Shown one piece after another: positions 17,411 to 27,022 of a stretch of 52,328 bases of DNA. Position numbers and translations under genes: made by a program. The notes under the pieces were generated by a model that was not told the DNA's origin, did no database searches, and saw only the letters and a program-made list of their open reading frames with translations. Within the stretch, counting starts at the first letter, position 1; each line of letters begins with the position of its first letter. The stretch is from IMG/VR virus record IMGVR_UViG_3300025103_003050, positions 1-52,328 of that record. One strand, 5' to 3'. The stretch comes from a virus. Taxonomy: Duplodnaviria; Caudoviricetes.

Positions 17411-17598
17411 TATACTCCTTTTGTTAATTTAAATTCAAGACCTTTAATTTCTACTTTGCTATCTTTTTTATTTTCTTTAATATAAGTATCCATAAATAAA
17501 ACTGCAGCAGTTAAACCTTGTATATCTGCTTTATAATGTGGATCATTATATTTTTTAGCATGTGTTAATAAAATATTAATAGCTCTATCTTTATTCAT
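17410..17598 (-). CDS. Hypothetical protein, 62 aa
   Basis: AAGGAGG RBS; coupled to neighbours. Confidence 0.65.
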   Translation of the reverse strand: MNKDRAINILLTHAKKYNDPHYKADIQGLTAAVLFMDTYIKENKKDSKVEIKGLEFKLTKGV

Positions 17599-19096
17599 AC
17601 GCCTCCTTATTTATATTTGGTTGTTTAAATTCTTCAGTTTGTACTTGAAAACTTGGAATAGACCAAGTATTCGTAAATTTTCCTTTTATCTTTTTTCCGC
17701 TATGAGTAGCACCTAAATTTTTCAAATAGGCAGTAATTTCATGTAATTTAAATTCTTTAAATCGATGTCTATCTAAAAATTCCATAAAATCATTTATTCT
17801 AAATTCTGTTATTTTATCTTGAATAATAGATTTTCCTCTTAATAAATCTTCTATTTCTGTAGAAGAAGTGGAACCAGTACAAAATCTTTCTAATAGATCA
17901 AATAATCTACCTTCATTACTACTATCTTTAGGTGCTTCAACAGCAATAACTCTAGACATTAAATCATTAACAGTTTCAGTCCATAATTTATCATTTATTT
18001 TAGGAAGAAGCATATCTAAATTCTCAAATACAACTTGTTTAAAATCTAAAAAATTATAAATTTGTTTACTAGATAATGGACCAATTTTTTTCTCACTTAA
18101 AGTTAAAAAATATTGTGGTGGATTAGTTAATATTTTAGTAATACTATTTAAAGTAGGCATTGTACCATCATCATTAATACCATATTCACATGTAATACAT
18201 TTAGTTTTATTACAAACTGAATTAATTGGTGAATCTTTACATTTATAATTATAAGTTTTTTTATCTAAACTTTGTAATACTGTTGTAAATTCTCTAGGTT
18301 TAAGGGGAGGATCAATGTATTCATCATTATATTCTTCTAATTTATCTTGCCAATCTTCTGGAAATCTTTTCCTTAAATAAACTCCAATATTAAAAAGACC
18401 ATTATTTCTACTACCTTCTCCTAATGCTCCTTTAGAAAGTAAATCTTGGAGGCAAGGTGGCCCGCCTGGTAAAATTTCGTTGGATTTATTAAGTTTTTTG
18501 ATAAAAGTTAGATCCAGAGATTCAAGTGAATCTAATGAAAATTTTTCTACCCATTTAATAAAGTGTTCAGGTGTTAATACTTGGCCATCATAAAGAGCAT
18601 ATCTATCAGTGGATTCTCCACCAAAGTATGGCATATTTAACCAACTGCCACAATCATTATCATCAATTAATTTAGTTTGCTGTGGTCTTAAATCATATTT
18701 AACAAAACCAAATGCTTTTACAATTTCTTTTAATTTATTAATCATTGAAGAAGCAGATACAAAATTTTTAGTAAAAATAAAAATATGGGCTCCTCCTGAT
18801 TTTGATCTACATACTATTAAATTCTTTTTTATAAACTGTTTACTAATTTTTTCTATATCAACAGAATAATCATCGACATCTAGACAACCCCATTTACATT
18901 TATTTTCTTTATTAATTGGAATAACACCTAGACCAGTTTTACCATCTAGGTGTTGTTTCCAAAGTTCAGCGACATAATTTTCCCTTATGGTCTTTCCATA
19001 GCCATCAAGTTTAGGACCTTTTCTTTCTGTTATAAAAAATTGGCCATAAGCTCTGGTTAGGCCTGGAAAGACCTTGAAAAAATCTTCATAAAGCAT
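17591..19096 (-). CDS. Archaeo-eukaryotic-type primase with PriCT-like domain
   Basis: GCLDVD, RSKSGGAHIF, LNMPYF, PPCL...GSRNNGLF. Confidence 0.8.
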   Translation of the reverse strand: MLYEDFFKVFPGLTRAYGQFFITERKGPKLDGYGKTIRENYVAELWKQHLDGKTGLGVIPINKENKCKWGCLDVDDYSVDIEKISKQFIKKNLIVCRSKSGGAHIFIFTKNFVSASSMINKLKEIVKAFGFVKYDLRPQQTKLIDDNDCGSWLNMPYFGGESTDRYALYDGQVLTPEHFIKWVEKFSLDSLESLDLTFIKKLNKSNEILPGGPPCLQDLLSKGALGEGSRNNGLFNIGVYLRKRFPEDWQDKLEEYNDEYIDPPLKPREFTTVLQSLDKKTYNYKCKDSPINSVCNKTKCITCEYGINDDGTMPTLNSITKILTNPPQYFLTLSEKKIGPLSSKQIYNFLDFKQVVFENLDMLLPKINDKLWTETVNDLMSRVIAVEAPKDSSNEGRLFDLLERFCTGSTSSTEIEDLLRGKSIIQDKITEFRINDFMEFLDRHRFKEFKLHEITAYLKNLGATHSGKKIKGKFTNTWSIPSFQVQTEEFKQPNINKEAYE

Positions 19097-19098
19097 AA

Positions 19099-19881
19099 CT
19101 AAAATGGTGTTTTAGTATCTTTTTCTTCTGAAGATGTATCAGTATCAACAGGGTCTGAAGCTTTTACTTTACCTTCAGATATTGAATCTGAAAGACTTTC
19201 TGCCTGTTTAAATATATCTTTACTTGATACTGTACCTATTTCTTCTATTTTATATTTATACCAACTACCTAAATCATTTTCAGCATTAATAGTTGATAAG
19301 TTAAACATAAAAAGAAAAGAAGGTGGTTCAACCATCTGTCCTTTTACATTCATCTTTTTCATTTTAAGAAGTGTATTCCACTTTCTTGAAACTGAAAGAT
19401 TACTAGATGTCATCGTTAAAACCGCAGGTTCAAACGATTTATCTTTTTTAACTAAAACGAAATGTTCAGCTGTATCAACTATTTGATTTTCACCTAACAT
19501 TGACTTTCTAGTTTTTGGATCAGTTTTAGTTCCATCAGGTTTCATATCATGTACTGCTACAAGACCTCCACCTTTTTCTCTAGGTACCCATTCTACATAG
19601 GACTTTCTGTATCCACAAGGTATAACTGTAATCGAATCACTATATAATTGATTAGTAACTGTATTAAAGATATTACCTTCTTCAGCACCCTCAATATATT
19701 TTTCATCTTTCTTTTTTCTTTGAGGTGAGCCGGCTTGTACTATCGCTAATCTAGGAATAGTAATATCATCATTAGTGACATTTTCTAAACCACGACCAGC
19801 TGATTTAATAATCAAATCAGGTGAAATATCGCCTGTTGCGAGTTCATTATTTGATTTGACTTCTACTTGTTTATTCGCCAT
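19099..19881 (-). CDS. Putative ssDNA-binding / replication accessory protein
   Basis: Position in the replication module; acidic tail ending in PF. Confidence 0.55.
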   Translation of the reverse strand: MANKQVEVKSNNELATGDISPDLIIKSAGRGLENVTNDDITIPRLAIVQAGSPQRKKKDEKYIEGAEEGNIFNTVTNQLYSDSITVIPCGYRKSYVEWVPREKGGGLVAVHDMKPDGTKTDPKTRKSMLGENQIVDTAEHFVLVKKDKSFEPAVLTMTSSNLSVSRKWNTLLKMKKMNVKGQMVEPPSFLFMFNLSTINAENDLGSWYKYKIEEIGTVSSKDIFKQAESLSDSISEGKVKASDPVDTDTSSEEKDTKTPF

Positions 19882-19882
19882 A

Positions 19883-20467
19883 TTATTTCTCCTTTCCGAG
19901 TTTAACTTTTGCTATACTGGCTTCGTATACAGAAAAATATTCTTCTGGTAATGTTTCACCAAGACTATATCTTTCTTTAGCAAAAGCTTTTAATGTGCCA
20001 GCATGAACTGAAGATTTTTCGTCATAAGGTATATTTTTAAAATTTTTATTTAATACCTTAATTAGTTTATCAGCTTCATCATACTCGCCTTTTGCGAAAC
20101 TAACTTTAACATCATGTTTAATTAGTTCACTATGTCCATTTTCTTCTAACCATTTAAGAGCACCTGCTCTTTTATCTTCTGGTATAGAACAAAATAAATC
20201 ATCTTTAACTGAAACTTGACTGCCATCGGCTAAATCAAATCTAGTCATATTATTACATGACGCCATAGCATCAGGTAATTCTTTTTCTTCAATCTCACGA
20301 ATTTCAGCTTTTAACTCTTTAAGTTTTTCTTCTTCCTTCATAAGATTTTTCTTTTTCTTTATAAGTTTATTTCCAATAGCTGTAACTATTTCTAATCCAC
20401 CTTTTGGTAAACTTTCTTTCTTCTTGTGTTTTTCGACTGAATCGAATATCCACTTTTCTTTACTCAT
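19883..20467 (-). CDS. Conserved phage replication-module protein (coiled coil)
   Basis: Start moved to 20467, which follows AGAAAGGAG; contains a VHAGTLKAF motif. Confidence 0.7.
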   Translation of the reverse strand: MSKEKWIFDSVEKHKKKESLPKGGLEIVTAIGNKLIKKKKNLMKEEEKLKELKAEIREIEEKELPDAMASCNNMTRFDLADGSQVSVKDDLFCSIPEDKRAGALKWLEENGHSELIKHDVKVSFAKGEYDEADKLIKVLNKNFKNIPYDEKSSVHAGTLKAFAKERYSLGETLPEEYFSVYEASIAKVKLGKEK

Positions 20468-20789
20468 TACTTTCTCCTTTCTGATAAAGATCAATATTCA
20501 CATTATAATAACATTGATTTTCTCTATCCCATTTTAACATATTTACTTTTCCATTATTAATATCCGAAGCTACTATCGAAGCAATTCCAATAGCAACTGG
20601 ATCACCCATTGCAAGTAAGTAATCATTATCACTAAAATCTTTTAATTTAGTTTTTAATAATTTTACAACTGGTGATGATGAAAGAGTAATTTGTCGACCT
20701 GGTGGTAGTAATGGAATTAAATCTCCAAAACGACCAGCCCCAATAACATTTACATTTGGATTTTCTTGTACTATGTAAACTTTAGCCAT
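20460..20789 (-). CDS. Hypothetical protein, 109 aa
   Basis: AGAAAGGAG RBS; first gene of the leftward replication operon. Confidence 0.8.
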   Translation of the reverse strand: MAKVYIVQENPNVNVIGAGRFGDLIPLLPPGRQITLSSSPVVKLLKTKLKDFSDNDYLLAMGDPVAIGIASIVASDINNGKVNMLKWDRENQCYYNVNIDLYQKGESNE

Positions 20790-20816
20790 AAAGTTTCTCC
20801 TTTCTCATTTTTATTA

Positions 20817-20849
20817 TTTACTTATATATTAAAAACTATATAAAGTAAA
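20817..20849. promoter_or_regulatory. Quasi-palindromic divergent promoter region
   Basis: TTTACTTATATA-N8-TATATAAAGTAAA; the - strand reads TTTACT-N17-TATAAG. Confidence 0.5.
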
Positions 20850-20877
20850 ATTATAATTAGAAAACAGAAAGATTTAT

Positions 20878-22359
20878 ATGCAAGTAAAATTTATAAATGA
20901 AAAGAAATTTTTAAAATATAATTTTAAAACTAAACCTTATCAACATCAATATGATGCATTTGATAAAAGTAAAGAAAAAAAATATTATGCTTTATTTATG
21001 GAACAGGGTACAGGAAAATCTAAAGTTATTATTGATAACATTGCTTATCTTTATCGAAAAGGTAATATTGATACTGCTATTATTGCTGCCCCTAAAGGTG
21101 TATATCGTAATTGGTATGCTTCAGAATTTAAAGCTCATATGCCTGCAGATGTGGTTAGTTTTACAGATATATGTATTTGGAATCCAATAGAAACTAAAAC
21201 TAATATTGAAAGATTAACTAAATTTTTAGAATTTTCTCATAAATTAAAATTTTTTATTATTAATATAGAAGCTCTATCTACAGAGAAAGGTAAAAACTAT
21301 TTACAACGATTATTAAATATTTCTAAATCTTTTTTCTGTATAGATGAAAGCACTAATATAAAAAATAGAACTGCTAGAAGAACTAAAGCATGTATGAAGT
21401 TAGGTAAATTAGCAACTTATCGAAGAATATTAACAGGAACTCCAGTGACCCAAGGTCCATTAGACTTATGGTCTCAAATGCATTTTCTAGATGAGTTTAT
21501 ACTTCAATCGAGTTTCTATGCTTATCGAAATACATTTTGTGTTATTCAAAGAAGAAGAACATCTAGTCATAGTTTTGATGAAGTAGTAGGTTATCAAAGA
21601 TTAGATGAACTTCAAAAAATATTAGATGAACATTCTTTTAGAGTAACTAAAGAAGAATGTTTAGATTTACCACCTAAACTACGTCAAATAAGACATATCG
21701 ACATGACACCGGCTCAAAAGCGCATGTATGTCATACTTAAAAAACGTGCTATACTAGAACTAGAACGTGAGAAATTAGTGACGGCGCCTCTTATTATCAC
21801 ACGAATATTGAGATTACAGCAGATATTATGTGGATTTATTAAATATGATAATAAAACTGAAGAAAATATAGAAGGTGAGAATCCAAGGATTCAGGAACTA
21901 TTAAGTGTAATAGAAGAAACTCAAGGCAACATAATTATATGGGCAACTTATAGAAATAGTATTAAATTAATTAGAGATACATTAGCTAAAAAATTTGGAG
22001 CAAGTAAAGTTGCAGCTTTCTTTGGTGATACTAAAGCAGAAGATAGACAAGGTATTGTTGAAAGATTTCAATCAGGAGAATTAAGATTTTTTGTAGGACA
22101 ACCTAGAACTGGTGGATATGGACTTACATTAACTAATGCTAAAACTGTAATCTATTTTAATAATACTTATGATATGGAAGTTAGACTTCAATCTGAAGAT
22201 AGAGCACATAGAATTGGACAAAAGGATAAAGTATTATATATAGATTTTATATGTCCTAATACTTTAGATGAAAAGATAATGAAAACTTTAAATACTAAAA
22301 AGAAACTCGCTGATCAAATAACTGGTGATAATTGGAAAGAATTATTTAAAGAACTTTAG
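20878..22359 (+). CDS. SNF2-family (SF2) helicase
   Basis: MEQGTGKS, DEST, LTGTP, GGYGLTL, QSEDRAHRIGQ. Confidence 0.92.
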   Translation: MQVKFINEKKFLKYNFKTKPYQHQYDAFDKSKEKKYYALFMEQGTGKSKVIIDNIAYLYRKGNIDTAIIAAPKGVYRNWYASEFKAHMPADVVSFTDICIWNPIETKTNIERLTKFLEFSHKLKFFIINIEALSTEKGKNYLQRLLNISKSFFCIDESTNIKNRTARRTKACMKLGKLATYRRILTGTPVTQGPLDLWSQMHFLDEFILQSSFYAYRNTFCVIQRRRTSSHSFDEVVGYQRLDELQKILDEHSFRVTKEECLDLPPKLRQIRHIDMTPAQKRMYVILKKRAILELEREKLVTAPLIITRILRLQQILCGFIKYDNKTEENIEGENPRIQELLSVIEETQGNIIIWATYRNSIKLIRDTLAKKFGASKVAAFFGDTKAEDRQGIVERFQSGELRFFVGQPRTGGYGLTLTNAKTVIYFNNTYDMEVRLQSEDRAHRIGQKDKVLYIDFICPNTLDEKIMKTLNTKKKLADQITGDNWKELFKEL

Positions 22360-24244
22360 TCTTATATCTTGCTATTCTTCTACCAAACCATAAAGTATTT
22401 TTAGCCCATTCATATAGATCATCATAAGTTTTACCAGTAAAAGTTTGTACATTTTTTTGCTCTTTAAAAGATTTATTATTTTCTATAACATCATGTATAT
22501 TAAAATTAAAATATTGATAAATAGGATATTGTTTAAAAGGATGATGTAAACGAGCTTTTTGATAATTAATTATATCTCTTAAAATAAAGTCATCTACATC
22601 ATATTTATCTCTTAAATATTTAGAAATTTGATTATAAAATATTTCTTTATTTTTAACTAATCGAATACATGTTGCTTCATCTACTTCCCAATTAATATTT
22701 CCTACTCCTGAAATAACATCTCCCCAATGTCTTTTATTCTTTAATATTTTATTTAAATTTTTTTTTATAGTTAAATATTCTTTTCCTATATAAGTGTTAG
22801 ACTTTTTTTCACAAAAAGATAAGAGATCAGTATAAAAATCTTTATAATTAATATTATATATTTTTTTCATTGCTCTAGCTATAAATTGTAACGGACCTAA
22901 ATAATGGCCAAAGATAACTAGCCATCTAAATTGATGACCCTTGATCCAATCTTTATGATTACATTTTCTTGTTGCTATAACAAAAGAAACTAAATCATCT
23001 ACTAACTTTTCTGGATTGGATCTATGTGAAAATCTAGGTTGAGCATTTACTGATTTAATTCCAAATTGATCTTTATATCCTGGTTCATTAATAGGTGCGT
23101 TAGGTAATAACATCATTAAATGTACATCTAAATAAGTATGATAACCTTCTTCCATTATATAAGTTACACCATCTATAAAAGAATCAATAGTTTCTTCAGG
23201 TAATCCCCATATTAATTCTACATAACTTCCTATTCCTTCTTTCTCATACATATCTATAAATTCTTTTAATTTACCACTATGTACATTTTTTCTTTTTACA
23301 GCTTTTAAAACATCAGGATTAAAAGACTGTAAAGCAATAGTCATTCCTTTTTGAATATCATGCTTTTCAAATAATTTAGCTATTTGTAAAACTTTATCAG
23401 CTTGTCCTTTTGCCCAAGTAACTCTAAAAGCATGTGGATATCCTGTTTTCTCTTTTACTTTAACAACATATTCTGCTAAATTCATATCTTGATCAAATAA
23501 AATACCAAAATTAGAATTAGCATCAGTTACATATTCTATTTTATTTTTAGCAATCCAATCTATTTCTTTTTTAGTTTTTTCATAACTTGTTTTTAATTTT
23601 TGATAATATTTATCTCCAATTTCACAAAAAGCACAACTAAAAGGACAACCTCTTGCTGATTCTACTGTTGCGTGAAAATTATAATTTTTATCTTTTTTAT
23701 TTTTTTCTACTACCCAATCAAAACTACCATCAAGAAAAGGACTAGGATTATCATGTATACCTTCTAATCTTACACGTGGAGGATTTCTTACTTCTTTATT
23801 ATTTATATTATAAGTTATACCTTTTATTTCTTCATAAGGTTTTTCATATAATAATTCTTTTACTGTTTCTTCACCTTCACTATGTATTAAAACATCTACA
23901 TAAGGATGTTCATTAAAAAAACCTTTGGCTCTATCAGCTAATGGTTGATGTTGTCCTCCAAACATTATTTTACAATTAGGATAATTTTGTTTTATAGTTT
24001 TAGCTATCTCACAATTTAAATTCCAATTCCACATGAAACAACTAAAAAGTAATATATCTGGATTTTCTATTTTATTAATAATATTTTTAGCTTCATCACG
24101 AGCATAAAACCAATCTTTTAATTTATAGTGATCTTTAATATAAGGATTATTTTTAACATAAGACCATACTACACCGCTACAATAAGGAAGATAAACTTGA
24201 TTAGCAAATACATCGCTTAATTCGAATAAATATATATTTTTCAT
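22346..24244 (-). CDS. Cobalamin-binding radical SAM enzyme (class B methylase-like)
   Basis: N-terminal B12-binding-like domain (FSCFMWN...FGGQH...SEGEE) and RGCPFSCAFC CxxxCxxC motif. Confidence 0.85.
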   Translation of the reverse strand: MKNIYLFELSDVFANQVYLPYCSGVVWSYVKNNPYIKDHYKLKDWFYARDEAKNIINKIENPDILLFSCFMWNWNLNCEIAKTIKQNYPNCKIMFGGQHQPLADRAKGFFNEHPYVDVLIHSEGEETVKELLYEKPYEEIKGITYNINNKEVRNPPRVRLEGIHDNPSPFLDGSFDWVVEKNKKDKNYNFHATVESARGCPFSCAFCEIGDKYYQKLKTSYEKTKKEIDWIAKNKIEYVTDANSNFGILFDQDMNLAEYVVKVKEKTGYPHAFRVTWAKGQADKVLQIAKLFEKHDIQKGMTIALQSFNPDVLKAVKRKNVHSGKLKEFIDMYEKEGIGSYVELIWGLPEETIDSFIDGVTYIMEEGYHTYLDVHLMMLLPNAPINEPGYKDQFGIKSVNAQPRFSHRSNPEKLVDDLVSFVIATRKCNHKDWIKGHQFRWLVIFGHYLGPLQFIARAMKKIYNINYKDFYTDLLSFCEKKSNTYIGKEYLTIKKNLNKILKNKRHWGDVISGVGNINWEVDEATCIRLVKNKEIFYNQISKYLRDKYDVDDFILRDIINYQKARLHHPFKQYPIYQYFNFNIHDVIENNKSFKEQKNVQTFTGKTYDDLYEWAKNTLWFGRRIARYKTKVL

Positions 24245-24245
24245 A

Positions 24246-25799
24246 TTAAAATGTTTTAGTATATCCTATTGTAATTTGTCTATCTTTACCTGTAAAGCCA
24301 TGTGGCATTTCGTAATTTTTATTTAATAAATTATTAATATTTAAAGTAAATCCATATTTTTCTATTCCTAGATTAAATAAATGAAGTTCTTTCATATCTA
24401 TAATAGACCAATTAGAATTATGAATATCTTTACTTTCTCCTATATAATTATAACTGGTAATTAAATTAAAGTCATTTATATTATAAATATAATTAAATCC
24501 TCCTGAAAATTTAGGTCTCCTTAATTGTACTACTCCATTTTTTTTACTATTTAATTTAGAAGCAAATATTTCAAAATTATCAATTTTATAAGATAGCTCT
24601 ATTCCATCTTGATTCTGTATTCCTGTTTCTGATTCAAATAAAGCAAGAGTAATATTATTATAATCAAAAATTAATTCATTAGTTTTACTATCTTCTTCTA
24701 ATGTCCATATAGTTCTTTTTTTATATCCAGTAGAATGATTAGCTCTTATATTTAAATCATTAAACTTTTTAAATAATCCGATATTATAACTATTAAAATC
24801 TGAATCTTTTCTTGCTCCTAAAGATATAAGTCCGTTAGTATAATTTGTAAATAAACTTACATTATCATCATCTTGAGTATGAGATTGATCATACTTATAA
24901 TCTAAACCTAACCCAAATGTATTATTTTGATGACCGAGTTTTATGAAATAATTTTCAGATTTATATTCATCACTTTCATATTTTCTATCATATTCGTGTG
25001 TATGTAAGTAAAGATAATTATTACCATTTTTTAATTGTTGTTCTAATCCTGTTTGTAAAGCGAAAAACGTATTATCACTAAATCCATTTTGAATATCTAA
25101 GGAATGACCATCAATATTTGTAAAAGTATTTCTTGAAAAAAAGGTTGTTTTAAAATTAATATTATCATACCATTTACTTAAATTAATTCCTATTGATTTA
25201 TTATTAACACTATCTTTATCAGTTCCGTGTTTTAAGGCGGAGGATTCTTTTTCTTTAAATTGTCCTCCTTGAATACTTATATCCCAATCATTTATATTTG
25301 TATAGTAATTTCCATTAATACTTTTATTTGTAGTAGATATTTTAGTTTCATAATCAGTTATTGTAATTATATTAATAGCTCCGCCTATTGCATCCACTCC
25401 AAACTTACTAGCTGATGCTCCTTTATAAACTTGAATAAAAGATACATTATACATAAAGTCTTGACCAAAATCAAAAGCTCCTGTAGGTGTAGAAAAATCA
25501 TTTATAGGAATACCATTAAGTAAAACTAAAGTATTATTACTATTTGTTCCTCTTAAAAATAATGATGAGTGTTGACCTATAGGTCCAGATTGTACTGCAT
25601 TAGATCCATTTATAAAATTTAATACTTTAGTTAAAGTATTAAGACTAAAAGTTTGTATTTCTTTTTTAGAAATAATAGAAGTAGGTTTAATTTTATAATC
25701 TAAAGAATTAGCATTAATAGTAAGACAAGGAATATCATCTTTCCAATTACAAGCTTGAGCTGATGTTGTTATTAATAAAAATATTATAAACCACCTCAT
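24246..25799 (-). CDS. TonB-dependent outer-membrane receptor, BtuB-like
   Basis: Signal peptide ending AQA, LTINAN TonB-box-like motif, plug QSGPIGQHSSLFLRGTNSNNTLVLLNG, GGAINIIT, INNLLNKNY, C-terminal Phe. Confidence 0.85.
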   Translation of the reverse strand: MRWFIIFLLITTSAQACNWKDDIPCLTINANSLDYKIKPTSIISKKEIQTFSLNTLTKVLNFINGSNAVQSGPIGQHSSLFLRGTNSNNTLVLLNGIPINDFSTPTGAFDFGQDFMYNVSFIQVYKGASASKFGVDAIGGAINIITITDYETKISTTNKSINGNYYTNINDWDISIQGGQFKEKESSALKHGTDKDSVNNKSIGINLSKWYDNINFKTTFFSRNTFTNIDGHSLDIQNGFSDNTFFALQTGLEQQLKNGNNYLYLHTHEYDRKYESDEYKSENYFIKLGHQNNTFGLGLDYKYDQSHTQDDDNVSLFTNYTNGLISLGARKDSDFNSYNIGLFKKFNDLNIRANHSTGYKKRTIWTLEEDSKTNELIFDYNNITLALFESETGIQNQDGIELSYKIDNFEIFASKLNSKKNGVVQLRRPKFSGGFNYIYNINDFNLITSYNYIGESKDIHNSNWSIIDMKELHLFNLGIEKYGFTLNINNLLNKNYEMPHGFTGKDRQITIGYTKTF

Positions 25800-25820
25800 A
25801 TGGTAGTTTATAATAACTAA

Positions 25821-25913
25821 TTATTTACTAGAACAATTTTGTGATTTATTTCCACACTTACAACGTCTTCCAAAAATTTTATCTATAAGTTTTTCAAATA
25901 ATTTTTTTATCAT
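25821..25913 (-). CDS. Small cationic amphipathic peptide, 30 aa (MIKKLFEKLIDKIFGRRCKCGNKSQNCSSK)
   Basis: Translated by hand; ATGA overlap with the holin stop. Confidence 0.6.
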   Translation of the reverse strand: MIKKLFEKLIDKIFGRRCKCGNKSQNCSSK

Positions 25914-26302
25914 TTTGGTTTTTTCATTATATCAGCACCTTTTAATCCGTATATAGCTGATACTACACCAATAAATAAAGCTTGATACCAAAATGGCATA
26001 TTATTAAATTGTTCAAAAAACTTTTCAACTTTCATCATAATGTCAGGATCATCTGAAAAGATAGACCAAATTAATAACATCACTGGGGCTGACACCAGGA
26101 TCAACACGAACTCGTCTTTCCATCCCTGTTGATTATTAGTTATTACTGCTTTCTTATATTCTAATTCACCTGAAGCCATACGTTCAGCATGTTTCATTTC
26201 AGCCACTGATTCTAATTCTTTAGTTCTTCTTCTATTTGTTGCTATACTCATTCCAGTTTTAATGATTCCCGGTACAAGTTTTGATGCTATACTAAGCCAC
26301 AT
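25910..26302 (-). CDS. Holin (3TM / GTA-holin-like family)
   Basis: WKDEF..IL, PFWYQ.LFIGVVSAIYGLK; TM segments; adjacent to the amidase. Confidence 0.75.
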   Translation of the reverse strand: MWLSIASKLVPGIIKTGMSIATNRRRTKELESVAEMKHAERMASGELEYKKAVITNNQQGWKDEFVLILVSAPVMLLIWSIFSDDPDIMMKVEKFFEQFNNMPFWYQALFIGVVSAIYGLKGADIMKKPK

Positions 26303-26735
26303 TTATATCTTCCTTAATTAACCATTCTTTTAAATTAAATCCAGGACAATTTGGTTTATTATCTTGAACATCACAATGTCCTACTACTTCTACAATATTA
26401 GGATTAGTCATTTTAATTTTTTTAATTAAATCTTTTAATGATAAAAATTGTTCTAAAGTAAAATTATTTTCAGCACCACCATCTTCTGCCATACCACCTA
26501 CTAGACAAATAGCTATACTTTTAGAATTAACAGCAGGAGCATGTGCTCCTTGAAAAGCTTCAGCTCTAGCTACTTCTACAGTACCATCACGTTTTATAAT
26601 GTAATGATAGCCTACATCATCCCAACCATTATCTTCTACATGCCATTTACGAATTTCTTTATAACCAATATCCATAGATGGTTTAGTTGCAGCACAATGT
26701 ACTACGATCATTTCTGTTTTTTTTCTTAACTCCAT
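26292..26735 (-). CDS. N-acetylmuramoyl-L-alanine amidase endolysin (T7 lysozyme-like)
   Basis: VVHCAAT, GW.DVGYH, GAH, GHCD, K.CPGF. Confidence 0.92.
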   Translation of the reverse strand: MELRKKTEMIVVHCAATKPSMDIGYKEIRKWHVEDNGWDDVGYHYIIKRDGTVEVARAEAFQGAHAPAVNSKSIAICLVGGMAEDGGAENNFTLEQFLSLKDLIKKIKMTNPNIVEVVGHCDVQDNKPNCPGFNLKEWLIKEDINVA

Positions 26736-27022
26736 GTTGCTTTCCTTTTTGGGACTATTCTACATTTTTTATTAATTAAGTCTACCGATAAAATATGTAT
26801 ACGTTTGTCTTTAATTCTAGGTGAACGAGCTATAATACTCCCATCTTTTCTTTTACCTAACATTTTTACATCAAAAAATTTATGTTCTAATGTTTTAGGA
26901 TCCACGGCAATTAAATCAATAGCACAATGTGTTTGACTTCCTTTAAACACATAATAACCTTGTTCTTGTAACCACACTGTTGCTAAATTTTCACAAAGAC
27001 ATCCTTTATTTTTAGCCAGCAT
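26726..27022 (-). CDS. Small PD-(D/E)XK endonuclease (Hjc-like)
   Basis: KG..CE.LA..WL...GYYV, IDLIA, FDVK. Confidence 0.7.
   Translation of the reverse strand: MLAKNKGCLCENLATVWLQEQGYYVFKGSQTHCAIDLIAVDPKTLEHKFFDVKMLGKRKDGSIIARSPRIKDKRIHILSVDLINKKCRIVPKRKATWS

Noticed and set aside
25800-25910. Cobalamin riboswitch upstream of the BtuB-like gene
   Set aside because: No B12-box or GC-rich stems; the space is filled by a 30-aa ORF and an AT-rich promoter-like stretch.
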